From positions 64,001 through 128,000 of the forward strand of contig OY970166.1 of NCBI GenBank assembly GCA_963706595.1: 64,000 bases of DNA. The letters are read 5' to 3'. The position numbers and the translations under genes are program-made. Positions within the stretch are counted from its first letter, which is position 1. Every line of letters starts with the position of its first letter. Shown piece after piece: positions 41,662 through 52,318 of this stretch. The notes under the pieces were generated by a model, which was not told the origin of the DNA, ran no database searches, and was given only the letters and a program-made list of their open reading frames with translations. Origin of the DNA: an uncultured cyanobacterium (GTDB lineage: Bacteria > Cyanobacteriota > Cyanobacteriia > Cyanobacteriales > Nostocaceae).

Positions 41662-43905
41662 ATGTTTAATCGCAGTAATCAAGCTAAGAGTAAGGAATCT
41701 CAAAATCCGGCATTTTTGACTTCATCCCCGAAAAATCCTGGTAGTCAGGTAGAACTACCAAGTAAGTATAATATAGAAACGGCTAATAATTATCACTGGA
41801 ATTATGTGGTGGGATATATTCAACGACTCAGTTTAGGCACGAAAGCGGCAATTTTAGCGATCGCTATCACCACTTTACCAATATTTGGCATGGGTGCGAT
41901 CGCTTATAGCTTGGCTCATAAATCGATGCGGAAACAAATTAACCAATCTCATGCAACGACAGCGACCAGATTAACAGAGCAAATTAACCGCTTAATGTTG
42001 CGGCAATATGAAGATATTCAAATCATCTCCAATTCACCATTGTTTACAAATACCAGAAAAAATACGACTACTGCCGACAAGCAAGTATTTTTAAATAGCT
42101 TTGTCAATACTCACAAAGCTTATAACAGGATCGCCATCTTTGATCCTGCTGGAAAATTAATTGTTCAATCTACAGGTGAATCTCTAGATAATGCCGAAAA
42201 TGCGGTAGATTTTCGGGAGATTCTGCAAAAAGATGCTCCTGTTATTAGTCAGCCAGAAAACTCAGTCATTAAGATTGTTGCACCCATTAAAGATTCAATC
42301 ACAGGTCAAACTATCGCTGTAGTTAGCGCCACTATGCCTGTACAATCTTTAGCCGAGGTGACTCAGAATTATACAGTTAATGGCAGTCAATATTATTTAC
42401 TCGACAGTTCCGAAAAAGTTTTTCTCAGTCCAAAAACAGAATTGTTAGGGGCTGAATATCCCGGTTTAGCTAATCTCAAAACAAGCAATAATACAGATAG
42501 TTTTACAGCAATTCACAGAATTAATCAAAAGCCAGAGTTAATCAGTTATGTTGCATCCCCAAAACTGGACGGCTTACCTGATTTAAACTGGCAATTACTT
42601 TTGACCACGGATACAGCAATTGCTTTTGCACCTCAAAGACAATTATTACAAACAATAGCCATCGCTACATTACTATTAGCATTAATTGCCGCTGCGATCG
42701 CACTTTGGATAGCCAAGCTGAGTACGCAACCAATTTTAAATGCGGCTACCGCTTTATCAAAGCTAGCTCAAGGTGAATTTGATACCCGTTGGGAAATAGC
42801 AAATTCAGATGAATTAGGGAAAATCAGTGACAATTTCAACCAAATAGCTGTCCAATTACAGGTGTTAGCGAAACAACAAACAGTCAGAAATTCTGGGGAA
42901 CAAAGTTCTGACCAAACATTGCAAATACAACTCCTAGAACTCCTCAGTCAGGTAGAAGGTGCTGCTAGAGGTGATTTGACAGTCCGCGCAGATGTGACGG
43001 CTGGAGAAATTGGCACTGTGGCGGACTTTTTTAATTCCATAGTCGAAAATCTCAGAGATATTGTCACCCAAGTTAAACAAGCTGCTACCCAAGTCAATGG
43101 CGCAATTGGTGCTAACGAAGCCGCAATTAGCCAACTAGCTGAGGATGCAATTACTCAAGCTGCTGAAATCAACCGCACCCTAGACGCTGTTGACCAAATG
43201 ACTAACTTTATGAAAAGTGTCACGGAAAACGCCCAAAAAGCGGCAATTATTGCCAATAATGCTGCCCAAACGGCTACGAAGAGTGGACAAGCAATGGATT
43301 TGACAGTGCAGAATATTCTGGGTTTACAGGAAACCGTGGATGACACTACGAAGAAAGTCAAACGGCTAGGAGAATCTTCTCAACAAATTTCGCGTGTGGT
43401 GTCCTTAATTAACCAAATCGCCACCCAAACCAACTTACTCGCCATTAACGCCAGTATTGAAGCCGCCCGCGCTGGTGAAGAAGGACAAGGTTTTGCTATT
43501 GTTGCGGAAGAAGTGGGTGAATTAGCCCTCCGTAGCGCCTCAGCTACTCAAGAAATTGAGCAAATTGTTGAGAATATTCAACGAGAAACCAGCGAAGTGG
43601 TGCAAGCTATGGAAATAGGAACTTCCCAAGTGCTGCAAGGTACTCAGATTGTAGAGGAGGCCAAGCAAAGCCTGAGTGAAATTTTGTACGTATCGCAACA
43701 AATAGATTTTTTGGTCCAGTCGATTTCTACTGTAACTGCATCTCAGTTACAAACATCCCAAGCTGTTAGTGAATTGATGCAAGATATCGCGGCTATTTCA
43801 CAACGTACCAGTGATTCTTCATCTGTGGTTTCCAAATCTCTGCATCAAACGGTGGAGATTTCCCAGCAGTTACAAGAAACTATGGAAACTTTCAAAGTTA
43901 GTTAA
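41662..43905 (+). CDS. Methyl-accepting chemotaxis protein (TM-Cache-TM-HAMP-HAMP-MA), no GAF domains
   Basis: [33 protein letters not shown] signalling hairpin; [22 protein letters not shown]. Confidence 0.92.
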   Translation: MFNRSNQAKSKESQNPAFLTSSPKNPGSQVELPSKYNIETANNYHWNYVVGYIQRLSLGTKAAILAIAITTLPIFGMGAIAYSLAHKSMRKQINQSHATTATRLTEQINRLMLRQYEDIQIISNSPLFTNTRKNTTTADKQVFLNSFVNTHKAYNRIAIFDPAGKLIVQSTGESLDNAENAVDFREILQKDAPVISQPENSVIKIVAPIKDSITGQTIAVVSATMPVQSLAEVTQNYTVNGSQYYLLDSSEKVFLSPKTELLGAEYPGLANLKTSNNTDSFTAIHRINQKPELISYVASPKLDGLPDLNWQLLLTTDTAIAFAPQRQLLQTIAIATLLLALIAAAIALWIAKLSTQPILNAATALSKLAQGEFDTRWEIANSDELGKISDNFNQIAVQLQVLAKQQTVRNSGEQSSDQTLQIQLLELLSQVEGAARGDLTVRADVTAGEIGTVADFFNSIVENLRDIVTQVKQAATQVNGAIGANEAAISQLAEDAITQAAEINRTLDAVDQMTNFMKSVTENAQKAAIIANNAAQTATKSGQAMDLTVQNILGLQETVDDTTKKVKRLGESSQQISRVVSLINQIATQTNLLAINASIEAARAGEEGQGFAIVAEEVGELALRSASATQEIEQIVENIQRETSEVVQAMEIGTSQVLQGTQIVEEAKQSLSEILYVSQQIDFLVQSISTVTASQLQTSQAVSELMQDIAAISQRTSDSSSVVSKSLHQTVEISQQLQETMETFKVS

Positions 43906-43961
43906 ACAAGTTATTTGTAATTTATTACCCACCAACGAGTAATGACTAAATAATAAACACT

Positions 43962-46862
43962 ATGTCAAAGGATAAAGAACTGGAAATCCAGATGCAATTT
44001 CTGGAAGAAGCGAGAGATTACCTAAATGTTCTAGAAGCGGTTTTGCTAGAAATTGATAGCAGTAACCGCATCGATTTAGATAGAATTAACGCTGCACTGC
44101 GCGCGGCTCATTCTATCAAAGGCGGCGCTGGGATGATGGGATTTCGGACGCTCAGTGATTTAGCTCACCGTCTGGAAGATTCTTTTAAAGTCTTAAAAAC
44201 CCGCAAAAATTCTCGCGAGATTGACACGCAGTTACAAAGTTTACTACTTTCTGGTGTTGACTGGTTGCGGCAGATAGTCGAATCACTATCACAAGGAAAT
44301 GAGATCGAAGAACAGTGGTTGAGTAGCTTTTGTTACCCAGTATTTGATGAACTGCGCGATCGCCTGGGTGAACCCACCCCTGAAGATGCTTCTACTATGT
44401 TATCGCCAGAAGATGGGCAAGATATTGTCCCTATGCTGTTTGAGAGCGAAGTGGAAGGATGTTTGCAGCGTCTAGAGTCGGTATTGGCAGATAGCGCCCA
44501 GCCTTGTCTACAAGAGGAAGTAGCTATTATGGCGGCTGAATTGGGCGGTTTGGGGGAAATGCTGCAATTACCAGCCTTTACGAGTCTTTGTGAATCTATA
44601 GGGCATCATATCGCCAATGTGAGCAGCGATCGCCTGACCGAAGTTGCTCAGTTAGCATTACAATCATGGCGGCGATCGCAAGCTCTGATTTTAACAAATC
44701 AACGAGATAGTCTACCGACAAAACTTGATTTAGATGCACCAGTAAATTACATACCTAATCCACCACAGACAACAGCATCTACCATAGCCGAATTTATTGA
44801 AGATGCAGAAGTTACTGATGATTTAACATTTGCCAGTATTCCTGAAGTAAGTACAGTAGTTTATCCAGAAATCACCACCACAGATGAGCAAATTACTGTT
44901 GGTAAAGACCGGGAAACATCAGAAAATACTGTGCGCGTGCCTAGTCAACAACTTGAGCAAATTAACGATTTGTTTGGGGAACTTACCGTCCAGCGCAATG
45001 GCTTAAATTCCCAACTGGAAAAATTACGCAACCTCGTGCGTAGCCTCAATCAGCGAGTGCAAACACTCGACCGAGAAAACCATGAATTACGTACAGCTTA
45101 TGATAAAATTACTAAGACAAATAGCGGGCGATTCCTACGGAGCGCTTCGCTATCGCTAGAAGCAAACAATGTTGAAAATATCCCAGAATTTGATACATTA
45201 GAACTGGAGCGTCATAGCAAATTAAACCTGCGATCGCAAGAAGTTACGGAAACCATTATCCAAGTCCAGGAAGTCTCCACAGACATTCAATTAAGCGTTG
45301 ACGATACAGATCAAATAGCTCGTAAACTCAATAAAACATCCAAACAATTACAAACAAAACTTACTCACATTCGGATGCGTCCACTATCAGATTTAGTCGA
45401 GCGTTTTCCTAGAGCCTTGCGTGACCTAAATGTTGAGTATGGAAAGAATGTTCATTTGCAAGTTGAAGGTGGCAAAACTTTAATTGAACGCAGCATTTTA
45501 GAAGCTTTAAATGAGCCGATAATGCACTTATTAAGAAATGCTTTTGATCATGGTATTGAAGACCCTCATACTCGCCGTGAGTTGGGTAAACCAGAACAAG
45601 GATTAATTGAAATTACAGCTACCCATCGCAGTAATCGCACCATTATTACTATGCGCGATGATGGTCGGGGAATTTCTGTAGAAAAAATTCGCTCCCGTGC
45701 CGTAGCAATGGGTTTAGATGCCGCTTTAGTAGCTAATGCTAGTGAAGAAGAACTATTATCAATAATTTTTGAACCAGGATTTACCACTTCCGACCAAGTA
45801 ACCGCCTTATCTGGTCGAGGTGTCGGCATGGATATAGTGCGTAATAACCTCAAATCAGTGCGTGGAGATATTACAGTAGACACTGAGTTAGGAGTTGGCA
45901 CAACCTTTACTTTGTCAGTACCATTTACACTTTCCGTAGCGCGAGTCCTGCTAGTAGAAAGCAATAAAATGTTATTGGCATTTCCCACAGAAGTCATTTC
46001 CGAAATATTTTTACTGCCAAACGAGCAAGTATTATCAATAGCAGATAGCGAAGTAATTAATTGGCAAGATGCTACATTACCACTGATTCGCCTCGGTCGA
46101 TATTTCGAGTTTAATTGTCCCCGCTACGATAACCCAGAATTAGAGACTCGCCCAGCCATAGATGCGAGTAGTGTCTTAATAGTTAAAGGCAATAATCAAC
46201 AAGTCGCCATCCAAGTAGACCGTTGTTGGGGTGAACAAGAAGTAGCCATCCGCCAAATAGAGGGTAACATACCTTTACCCGCAGGTTTTAGTAACTGCAC
46301 AATTCTGGGTGATGGGCGAGTATTAGCATTAGTTAATACCAACGATTTACTATATTGGATTGCTACCAATCAGCTTACTCCTAAAAACAATCAATTACCA
46401 TCAGTTCGGTTAAAAACGCCCTTTCTTTTTTCTGATAACAATAAAATATCAGCGACACCTGTCAATGAGAAAAGCACAATTTTAATCATTGATGACTCAA
46501 TTAATGTTCGCCGCTTTTTAGCCCTGACTTTGGAAAAAGGAGGATATCAAGTAGAACAAGCTAAAGATGGTCAAGATGCCTTAGAAAAACTGGAAAGTGG
46601 TTTAAAAGTTGAAGCTGTAATTTGTGATATTGAAATGCCTCGCCTGGATGGTTATGGCTTCTTAGGTCGCATCAACGCCAGCATGGAAATGAAACATATC
46701 CCAGTTGCCATGCTGACTTCTCGTAGTAGTGATAAACATCGACAATTAGCCATGCAATTAGGAGCGCGGGCGTATTTTTCTAAACCTTATAATGAGCAAG
46801 AATTATTAAAAACCTTGGAGGAAATTATTGGTAATGTTCCCGAAACAGCAACCTTTAATTAA
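43962..46862 (+). CDS. cheA: CheA-like kinase with CheW and REC domains (PixL-like)
   Basis: RAAHSIKGGA Hpt, HLLRNAFDHGIE, SGRGVGMD, C-terminal REC. Confidence 0.93.
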   Translation: MSKDKELEIQMQFLEEARDYLNVLEAVLLEIDSSNRIDLDRINAALRAAHSIKGGAGMMGFRTLSDLAHRLEDSFKVLKTRKNSREIDTQLQSLLLSGVDWLRQIVESLSQGNEIEEQWLSSFCYPVFDELRDRLGEPTPEDASTMLSPEDGQDIVPMLFESEVEGCLQRLESVLADSAQPCLQEEVAIMAAELGGLGEMLQLPAFTSLCESIGHHIANVSSDRLTEVAQLALQSWRRSQALILTNQRDSLPTKLDLDAPVNYIPNPPQTTASTIAEFIEDAEVTDDLTFASIPEVSTVVYPEITTTDEQITVGKDRETSENTVRVPSQQLEQINDLFGELTVQRNGLNSQLEKLRNLVRSLNQRVQTLDRENHELRTAYDKITKTNSGRFLRSASLSLEANNVENIPEFDTLELERHSKLNLRSQEVTETIIQVQEVSTDIQLSVDDTDQIARKLNKTSKQLQTKLTHIRMRPLSDLVERFPRALRDLNVEYGKNVHLQVEGGKTLIERSILEALNEPIMHLLRNAFDHGIEDPHTRRELGKPEQGLIEITATHRSNRTIITMRDDGRGISVEKIRSRAVAMGLDAALVANASEEELLSIIFEPGFTTSDQVTALSGRGVGMDIVRNNLKSVRGDITVDTELGVGTTFTLSVPFTLSVARVLLVESNKMLLAFPTEVISEIFLLPNEQVLSIADSEVINWQDATLPLIRLGRYFEFNCPRYDNPELETRPAIDASSVLIVKGNNQQVAIQVDRCWGEQEVAIRQIEGNIPLPAGFSNCTILGDGRVLALVNTNDLLYWIATNQLTPKNNQLPSVRLKTPFLFSDNNKISATPVNEKSTILIIDDSINVRRFLALTLEKGGYQVEQAKDGQDALEKLESGLKVEAVICDIEMPRLDGYGFLGRINASMEMKHIPVAMLTSRSSDKHRQLAMQLGARAYFSKPYNEQELLKTLEEIIGNVPETATFN
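45128..45156. mobile_element. 21-nt SDR5-type insert in a HIP1 site, in-frame within cheA
   Basis: GCG-ATTCCTACGGAGCGCTTCGCT-ATCGC; removing 21 nt restores GCGATCGC. Confidence 0.8.
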
Positions 46863-46915
46863 GCAGAAAGCTGTGGGAGACTAGGGAAAAAATAAAATAC
46901 CAGCTAATGTTTATA

Positions 46916-47012
46916 TATAGCAGTCCTATTTGTAAAAGTCGCAAGGCTCAGATCCCCGACTTCTTAAAGAAGTCGGGGATCTTTTTTTTATCAATTAGAC
47001 AAAATTGCTATA
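46916..47012. mobile_element. TATAGC...GCTATA-bounded MITE-like element containing the AGATCCCCGACTTCTT palindrome
   Basis: Perfect 16-bp-arm palindrome at 46950-46982; a near-identical palindrome lies at 60001-60033. Confidence 0.65.
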
Positions 47013-47377
47013 TTATGCTGAGTTTAAGTGATATTGTGACAAATAATCAAATATTTATAATTGGTGAATTAATAATGATATCTTAGTAAAAATCCTGTTT
47101 TTCGCTGCTGATTTTAATCGTTTGGCTTTGACTACCGTGAGTTTTCCCGAAGCAAAGATCATGCAAATTATCAAAGTCGGTTTTATAAATCCTGGGGCTA
47201 TGCGATTTAGTTAAATTAGAACTAGGAAACACAAAAGTTAAAAGCCAAAATTTTGATACAGCATATTTAATCTGTATCAGGGAGACAGGGGCAGGCAGGA
47301 TGCCTACCCCACAACAGTTATAAGATTAAAATTCGTTCTGTATTTACTTACAAAATGCTGTATACATTGACTAAAAA

Positions 47378-47662
47378 CTAAGCCTCGACTTTTACACCTT
47401 TCCAGAAAGCGACATAGCCTTCAATATTTTTAGCCTTATCCTTTGTACTAGGATAGTACCAAGCCGCATCTTTGTTGGTTTGTCCATCTACTTCAATACT
47501 GTAGTAGCTAGCAACACCTTTCCAAGGGCAAGTACTATGGGTGTTACTTTCTTGGAAGTATTCCTTTTTAATAGCGTCGGCGGGAAAATAATGATTATTT
47601 TCTACAACAATGGTGTTATCGCTTTCGGCTAACACAGTGCCATTCCAAATTGCTTTCGGCAT
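47378..47662 (-). CDS. DUF427 family protein
   Basis: VLAESD, VENNHYFP, CPWKGVASYY, AAWYYP, YVAFW. Confidence 0.92.
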   Translation of the reverse strand: MPKAIWNGTVLAESDNTIVVENNHYFPADAIKKEYFQESNTHSTCPWKGVASYYSIEVDGQTNKDAAWYYPSTKDKAKNIEGYVAFWKGVKVEA

Positions 47663-47800
47663 AAGTGACTTTGCAAATAAACTTTACATCTAATATTTTG
47701 ACACTCAACAGGCTAAAACCACGGTAACTATTAAAAATTCCACCTGACGGCTTAAGTAATTGTAGATAAACTGAATGAGTTGTGATACATCCTTGATGAC

Positions 47801-48229
47801 ATGAAAACTTTAATTTATTGCACTCTTTTATTGGGACTGAGTAGTTGTTTACCAGCTAATAGCACCAATAATGACAAGAATCAAGTGATTTCCAGCAGTC
47901 CCACAGCCGAAAATCAAGAATTTCGGGCTTTTGGTACTGAACCATTTTGGGGTGTCGATGTTACCAAAAATGAAATTGTTTATTCTTCATTAGGAACCGA
48001 GGAAAAGCAAACTTTTCCTTATGTCACACCATTGGGTGCTGATGGACGCACCCCAGATACAGTGAGAGTTTATCGACTAGGAGACGAAGACAACAGTATG
48101 TTGATTATCAGAAAAGCCGATAACTGTAGCGATGGAATGTCAGACAACTTATATCCCTACTCAGCGCTTTTTATCCGTGGAGATATGGTTTTGGAAGGTT
48201 GTGCTAACAAGTTAGATAAGTTTAAATAA
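47801..48229 (+). CDS. COG3650-like lipoprotein
   Basis: Lipobox LSSC, FRAFGTEPFW, CSDGMSD..YPY, LEGCA. Confidence 0.85.
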   Translation: MKTLIYCTLLLGLSSCLPANSTNNDKNQVISSSPTAENQEFRAFGTEPFWGVDVTKNEIVYSSLGTEEKQTFPYVTPLGADGRTPDTVRVYRLGDEDNSMLIIRKADNCSDGMSDNLYPYSALFIRGDMVLEGCANKLDKFK

Positions 48230-48257
48230 TTAGCGTCCGTTGTTCATCAGCTAGTAA

Positions 48258-49004
48258 CTATTCAGGTGTAACATCTAAGCTGGACTTAAAACTTTGACTC
48301 ATACCATAACGGACAGTTTTAAACTCTACGTGATTTGTCCCTGGATAATAGAGAGTATAAATTGCTTCCCCTGGCTTTCTGCCGACATTACCCACTCCGA
48401 TAACTTGACGCGCCGAGATTTCTACAGTTTGGGGAGATGCTGGACTATCTAGGGTTGTGACTTCTGTAGTAATTGAACCGGCTTGGAGTTGATATTGAAA
48501 AGCCAAACCAGAACGACCACAAAACAAGTTATTGGCTTGCATTCGTGATAAGCGGTCTAGCATTTGAATTGGGGGCGTGTCTGGGGTCAGTTCCTCGTCA
48601 ATTGCTACCGTTGTCCCGTGAATTAACAAAGAATCTAGTTCAAAAAAACCAAAGTCTAGTGTCATTAACCATTGTGCTATCGGGCGAGAAACGCATTCCC
48701 ACAGCAATTTAACTGTTTCTCCCCCATATTTCTCTATCAATTCTGTAGGTTCGCCAGTTCCCCCCAGTCCGTGGAGAATAAAACACTGTTCTTCCCACCA
48801 ACCTTTACAAATCATTGGTTCCAGTTCTCCACGTCGGGGGTTTAGCACTCGTTTGACTAATTGTTCAGTTTCGCGCCGGGGTCCGACTAAATCGCCCAAA
48901 ACATACAATGCTTCTACATTATTTTGACGCTTAATATCCGCCATTACAGCTTCGTAAGCTGCCAAGTTACCTTCAATTCCGCTTAAAATTGCCCACTTAT
49001 TCAT
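48258..49004 (-). CDS. Calcineurin-like metallophosphoesterase paralog with degenerate metal ligands
   Basis: SGIEGN, LGDLVG, KGWWE, HGT, CGRSG, GNVG in place of DxHGN/GD/GNHD/HG/GHTH/GSVG. Confidence 0.8.
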   Translation of the reverse strand: MNKWAILSGIEGNLAAYEAVMADIKRQNNVEALYVLGDLVGPRRETEQLVKRVLNPRRGELEPMICKGWWEEQCFILHGLGGTGEPTELIEKYGGETVKLLWECVSRPIAQWLMTLDFGFFELDSLLIHGTTVAIDEELTPDTPPIQMLDRLSRMQANNLFCGRSGLAFQYQLQAGSITTEVTTLDSPASPQTVEISARQVIGVGNVGRKPGEAIYTLYYPGTNHVEFKTVRYGMSQSFKSSLDVTPE

Positions 49005-49008
49005 AAGA

Positions 49009-49093
49009 ATTTTAGATTTTAGATTTTAGATTTTAGATTTTGGATTAATAATTCCCTACTCCCCACTCCCCACTCCCTACTCCCCACTCCCCA
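49009..49093. repeat. STRR heptamers (ATTTTAG x5; CCCTACT/CCCCACT)
   Basis: Direct reading. Confidence 0.85.
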
Positions 49094-49906
49094 TTAACGA
49101 GTACAAACATGGGTGGGGTCATCAGCCCTTTCTGCAAATTCCAAGCCTTGGGCTAAACGCCACGCAAATATTTTCGGTAAACCTTTTTCAATGATGGCGG
49201 CACAGGTTTTTTGATAGTCGTAAGGTACTTCTCGTAAATTTACTTTTTGGTCTTCTGTGTCGTAAATTACATAGGTGGCATTGGGTCGCCCATGTCGGGG
49301 TTCGCCTACAGAACCAACATTCACAATCCGCTTGAGGGAAGCATTAAAGCTTTTTTCTGCTGCTGCTTTTTCTTGCCCTTGGACACGAATTTTTAAACTA
49401 CCTCCGTCTAAATTACGCACGTAAGGCACATGAGTATGTCCACAAAAAAGCACGTCTGCATCTGTGGAAAGTACGCGCTCTAAGGCGGCAAAGGCATCAA
49501 GTTCTGGTAATAAATACTCGTGGTTACTGTGAGGGCTACCATGAACGAAGGCTAAATTTTCCTCTCGTAAACTGTGGGGTAGTTGGGCGAAAAATTCTCG
49601 GTGTTCGGGATGTATTTCGTTATTTGTCCACTCGTGAGCAATTTTTCCGCGTTTCTCAGCTAATAAGGACGGATAACTACAATCACACGCATTCAAGCCT
49701 TCTACAATATCTTCATCCCAACAACCCATACAGGTGGGAATATCTAAAGCCCGAATTTGTGTAACTACTTCATTGGGATGAGGTCCGTATCCTACTAAGT
49801 CACCCAGACAAAAGATTTTATCAGCTTTTTGCTGGTCTATATCTAATAAGACGGCATCTAATGCTTCATAATTGCCATGAATACATGACATGACTGCTAT
49901 TTTCAC
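49094..49906 (-). CDS. Calcineurin-like metallophosphoesterase with Cys-substituted ligands
   Basis: SCIHGN, LGDLVGYGP.PNEV, MGCWD, HGSP, CGHTH, NVGSVG.PR. Confidence 0.88.
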   Translation of the reverse strand: MKIAVMSCIHGNYEALDAVLLDIDQQKADKIFCLGDLVGYGPHPNEVVTQIRALDIPTCMGCWDEDIVEGLNACDCSYPSLLAEKRGKIAHEWTNNEIHPEHREFFAQLPHSLREENLAFVHGSPHSNHEYLLPELDAFAALERVLSTDADVLFCGHTHVPYVRNLDGGSLKIRVQGQEKAAAEKSFNASLKRIVNVGSVGEPRHGRPNATYVIYDTEDQKVNLREVPYDYQKTCAAIIEKGLPKIFAWRLAQGLEFAERADDPTHVCTR

Positions 49907-50679
49907 TGTATAGTCTCCTCAGTTAGGATTTGTTTTACTTGTTCTTGGTATTGTGCGATCGCACTATCTGACAAATAGCAATCTTGTAATGTTTGTCTAA
50001 TGGCCGACTCATCCAAATTTTCTCCCCATGTTTCGATACCACTGAAACGCTGCGGTCTTCCTTCTAAGTGGCGTGGTAAATCTAATTCTAGAAAATCTGT
50101 TGTCGGTACACCCGCGACAAAATCGGCGTATAGCGCCCTACCATCAGCAACATCAAAAATTCCCTTAGCACGGCTGACTTTACCATAAGCACCGTGAGAT
50201 AGTTCATACCAAAACTCATTTAAACTATCTTCGTCAATTACTTGACCATTGGTAGGCGATCGCCAAATCTGATTTTGGATGATAATTGTCTCAATATCTA
50301 GCCCTTTGACAATTTTCTCAGCCCAGGTGTGATATTCCGAATCTTTCAGCTGTGACGGTAAAACTGCAACAGACTGATATGGGACATTTCCGACAATTTG
50401 CTCAATTGATCCTAATTCCAAGTAAAATCCTAGTTCTATATAAATATTCTCCGCCCCTGCTAGCTGGTTGAGAAATTCTACTTCTTGGCCATCACTAAAA
50501 ACTTTCGCCTCTGGAAACTCCGCACTCAGGCGAATCTGGTCAATGGGGACATTACCAGTTCCAGGACTAAAATAAATTGCATTTTCCGCAGAAGCAGTAT
50601 TACGTAGCTGTTGGCAAATCCAGGTGGTTTTACCACAGCCAGCAGGGCCAGCAACAACGGTAATCATCGGTATATTCAT
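49903..50679 (-). CDS. CobW/COG0523-like P-loop protein (degenerate metallochaperone)
   Basis: VVAGPAGCGKTT Walker A; CobW_C-like YG.V.RAKGIF; overlaps the next start (ATGA). Start taken at ATG 50679. Confidence 0.75.
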   Translation of the reverse strand: MNIPMITVVAGPAGCGKTTWICQQLRNTASAENAIYFSPGTGNVPIDQIRLSAEFPEAKVFSDGQEVEFLNQLAGAENIYIELGFYLELGSIEQIVGNVPYQSVAVLPSQLKDSEYHTWAEKIVKGLDIETIIIQNQIWRSPTNGQVIDEDSLNEFWYELSHGAYGKVSRAKGIFDVADGRALYADFVAGVPTTDFLELDLPRHLEGRPQRFSGIETWGENLDESAIRQTLQDCYLSDSAIAQYQEQVKQILTEETIQ

Positions 50680-50686
50680 AATTAAA

Positions 50687-50701
50687 TGATAATCATTTTC
50701 A
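50687..50701. promoter_or_regulatory. Zur (FurB)/Fur-family operator
   Basis: TGATAATCATTTTCA: 7-1-7 palindrome, one mismatch from TGATAATnATTATCA, 7 nt upstream of ATG 50679. Confidence 0.75.
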
Positions 50702-50899
50702 TAGAATTTGTAACTATGACTTAATCTAAAATTGAGCCACGAGAAATGCCAAGATAGATTTAGGTATTTCAGGAGGTGGCCTTGCTGAACTAAGAGATGA
50801 AATCTCAAAATTACCTTTCTTTTTCTTCCTACCTTTGCGCCTTTGCGCCTTTGCGTGAACCTAATTCATATTTAAAATCAGCAACGCCCAGGAGGTCTT

Positions 50900-51440
50900 A
50901 TGTCTCTCACCGTCAAAGACTTAGAGAAAATCCAAGCAGCTCATCCTGACTATCGCATGGAATTGGTAGACGGGAACGTAGTTGTTATGAGTCCATCAGG
51001 TTACGAGTCGGAAGAAGTAGGAACCGAGTTTGCAGCGTTGTTGAGAAATTGGGTAAGACCTCGCCAGTTAGGACGTGTAGCTGGTTCCAGTGCTGGCTTT
51101 AGATTACCTAACCAAGATTTACGCGCTCCCGATGTATCATTTATCCGAGCAGATAGGCTCAAACGTTCTACAGAAGATTATGCCGAATTGCTGCCTGATT
51201 TAGTCGTTGAGGTAAAATCTAAAACCGATTCCCTAGATAAACTTCGCGAACAAAATCCAAGAATTTATCAGCCTGGGAACTCAAATCGGCATTTTGATTG
51301 ACCCTAAAACCAGAACTATGGAAGTTTACCGTTCTAGTGAGAAAATAGTATTACAAAATGGTGATGTGCTGACCTTACCCGACTTACTCCCCGGCTGGGA
51401 AGTAAACATTGCCGAAATTTGGTCGCCAATATTCGAGTAA
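50900..51440 (+). CDS. Uma2 family (PD-(D/E)XK) endonuclease-like protein, +1 frameshift near 51254
   Basis: ELVDG...[20 protein letters not shown]. Shifted frame continues [21 protein letters not shown]...LLPGWEV to the stop at 51440. Confidence 0.88.
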
Positions 51441-51481
51441 TATTACGCGCACCCGAAACTACGAATTACGAATTACGAATT

Positions 51482-52318
51482 ATGACAAATCAAGCTCTTA
51501 TCCCAGTTATTGTAAACGGTGCAGCCGGCAAAATGGGTCGCGAAGTAATTAAAGCCGTTGCCCAAGCCCCAGATTTAAACTTAGTGGCTGCAATTGATAC
51601 CAGTCCAGAACATCAAGACCAAGACGCTGGAGAATTGGCAGGTTTAAGCGAACCTTTAGAAGTGCCAATTACCAACCAATTTGAAGCCATGCTGGGTTAT
51701 GTAGCTGGCGATAGAAACTCTCCTCCAGGGGTAATGGTAGACTTTACCCACCCTGATGGAGTTTATGATAATGTGCGGAGTGCGATCGCCTATGGAATTC
51801 GTCCAGTAGTCGGGACGACAGGCTTAAGTCCAAAACAACTGCAAGAATTAGCCGACTTTGCCGAAAAAGCCAGTACCGGTTGTTTAATTATCCCCAACTT
51901 TTCCATTGGGATGGTACTTTTACAACAAGCCGCAGTCACAGCTTCCCAATATTTCGACCATGTAGAAATTATTGAACTCCACCACAACCAAAAAGCCGAT
52001 GCGCCCAGTGGGACGGCAATTCAAACCGCACAATTACTAGGAGAACTTGGTAAACCTTTTAACACAGCTATTGTCGAAGAAACTGAAAAAATCCCAGGAG
52101 CCAGAGGTAGTTTAGCAGAAGAAGGGATTAGAATTCATAGTATCCGCCTGCCGGGACTCATAGCCCATCAAGAAGTGATATTTGGCGCACCCGGTCAAAT
52201 TTATACATTAAGACATGATACCAGCGATCGCTCCTGTTATATGCCAGGAGTCCTGCTAGCAATTCGCAAAGTCTCGCAACTCAAGTCCTTAGTGTATGGA
52301 TTAGAAAAAATACTTTAA
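51482..52318 (+). CDS. dapB: 4-hydroxy-tetrahydrodipicolinate reductase
   Basis: [39 protein letters not shown]. Confidence 0.97.
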   Translation: MTNQALIPVIVNGAAGKMGREVIKAVAQAPDLNLVAAIDTSPEHQDQDAGELAGLSEPLEVPITNQFEAMLGYVAGDRNSPPGVMVDFTHPDGVYDNVRSAIAYGIRPVVGTTGLSPKQLQELADFAEKASTGCLIIPNFSIGMVLLQQAAVTASQYFDHVEIIELHHNQKADAPSGTAIQTAQLLGELGKPFNTAIVEETEKIPGARGSLAEEGIRIHSIRLPGLIAHQEVIFGAPGQIYTLRHDTSDRSCYMPGVLLAIRKVSQLKSLVYGLEKIL

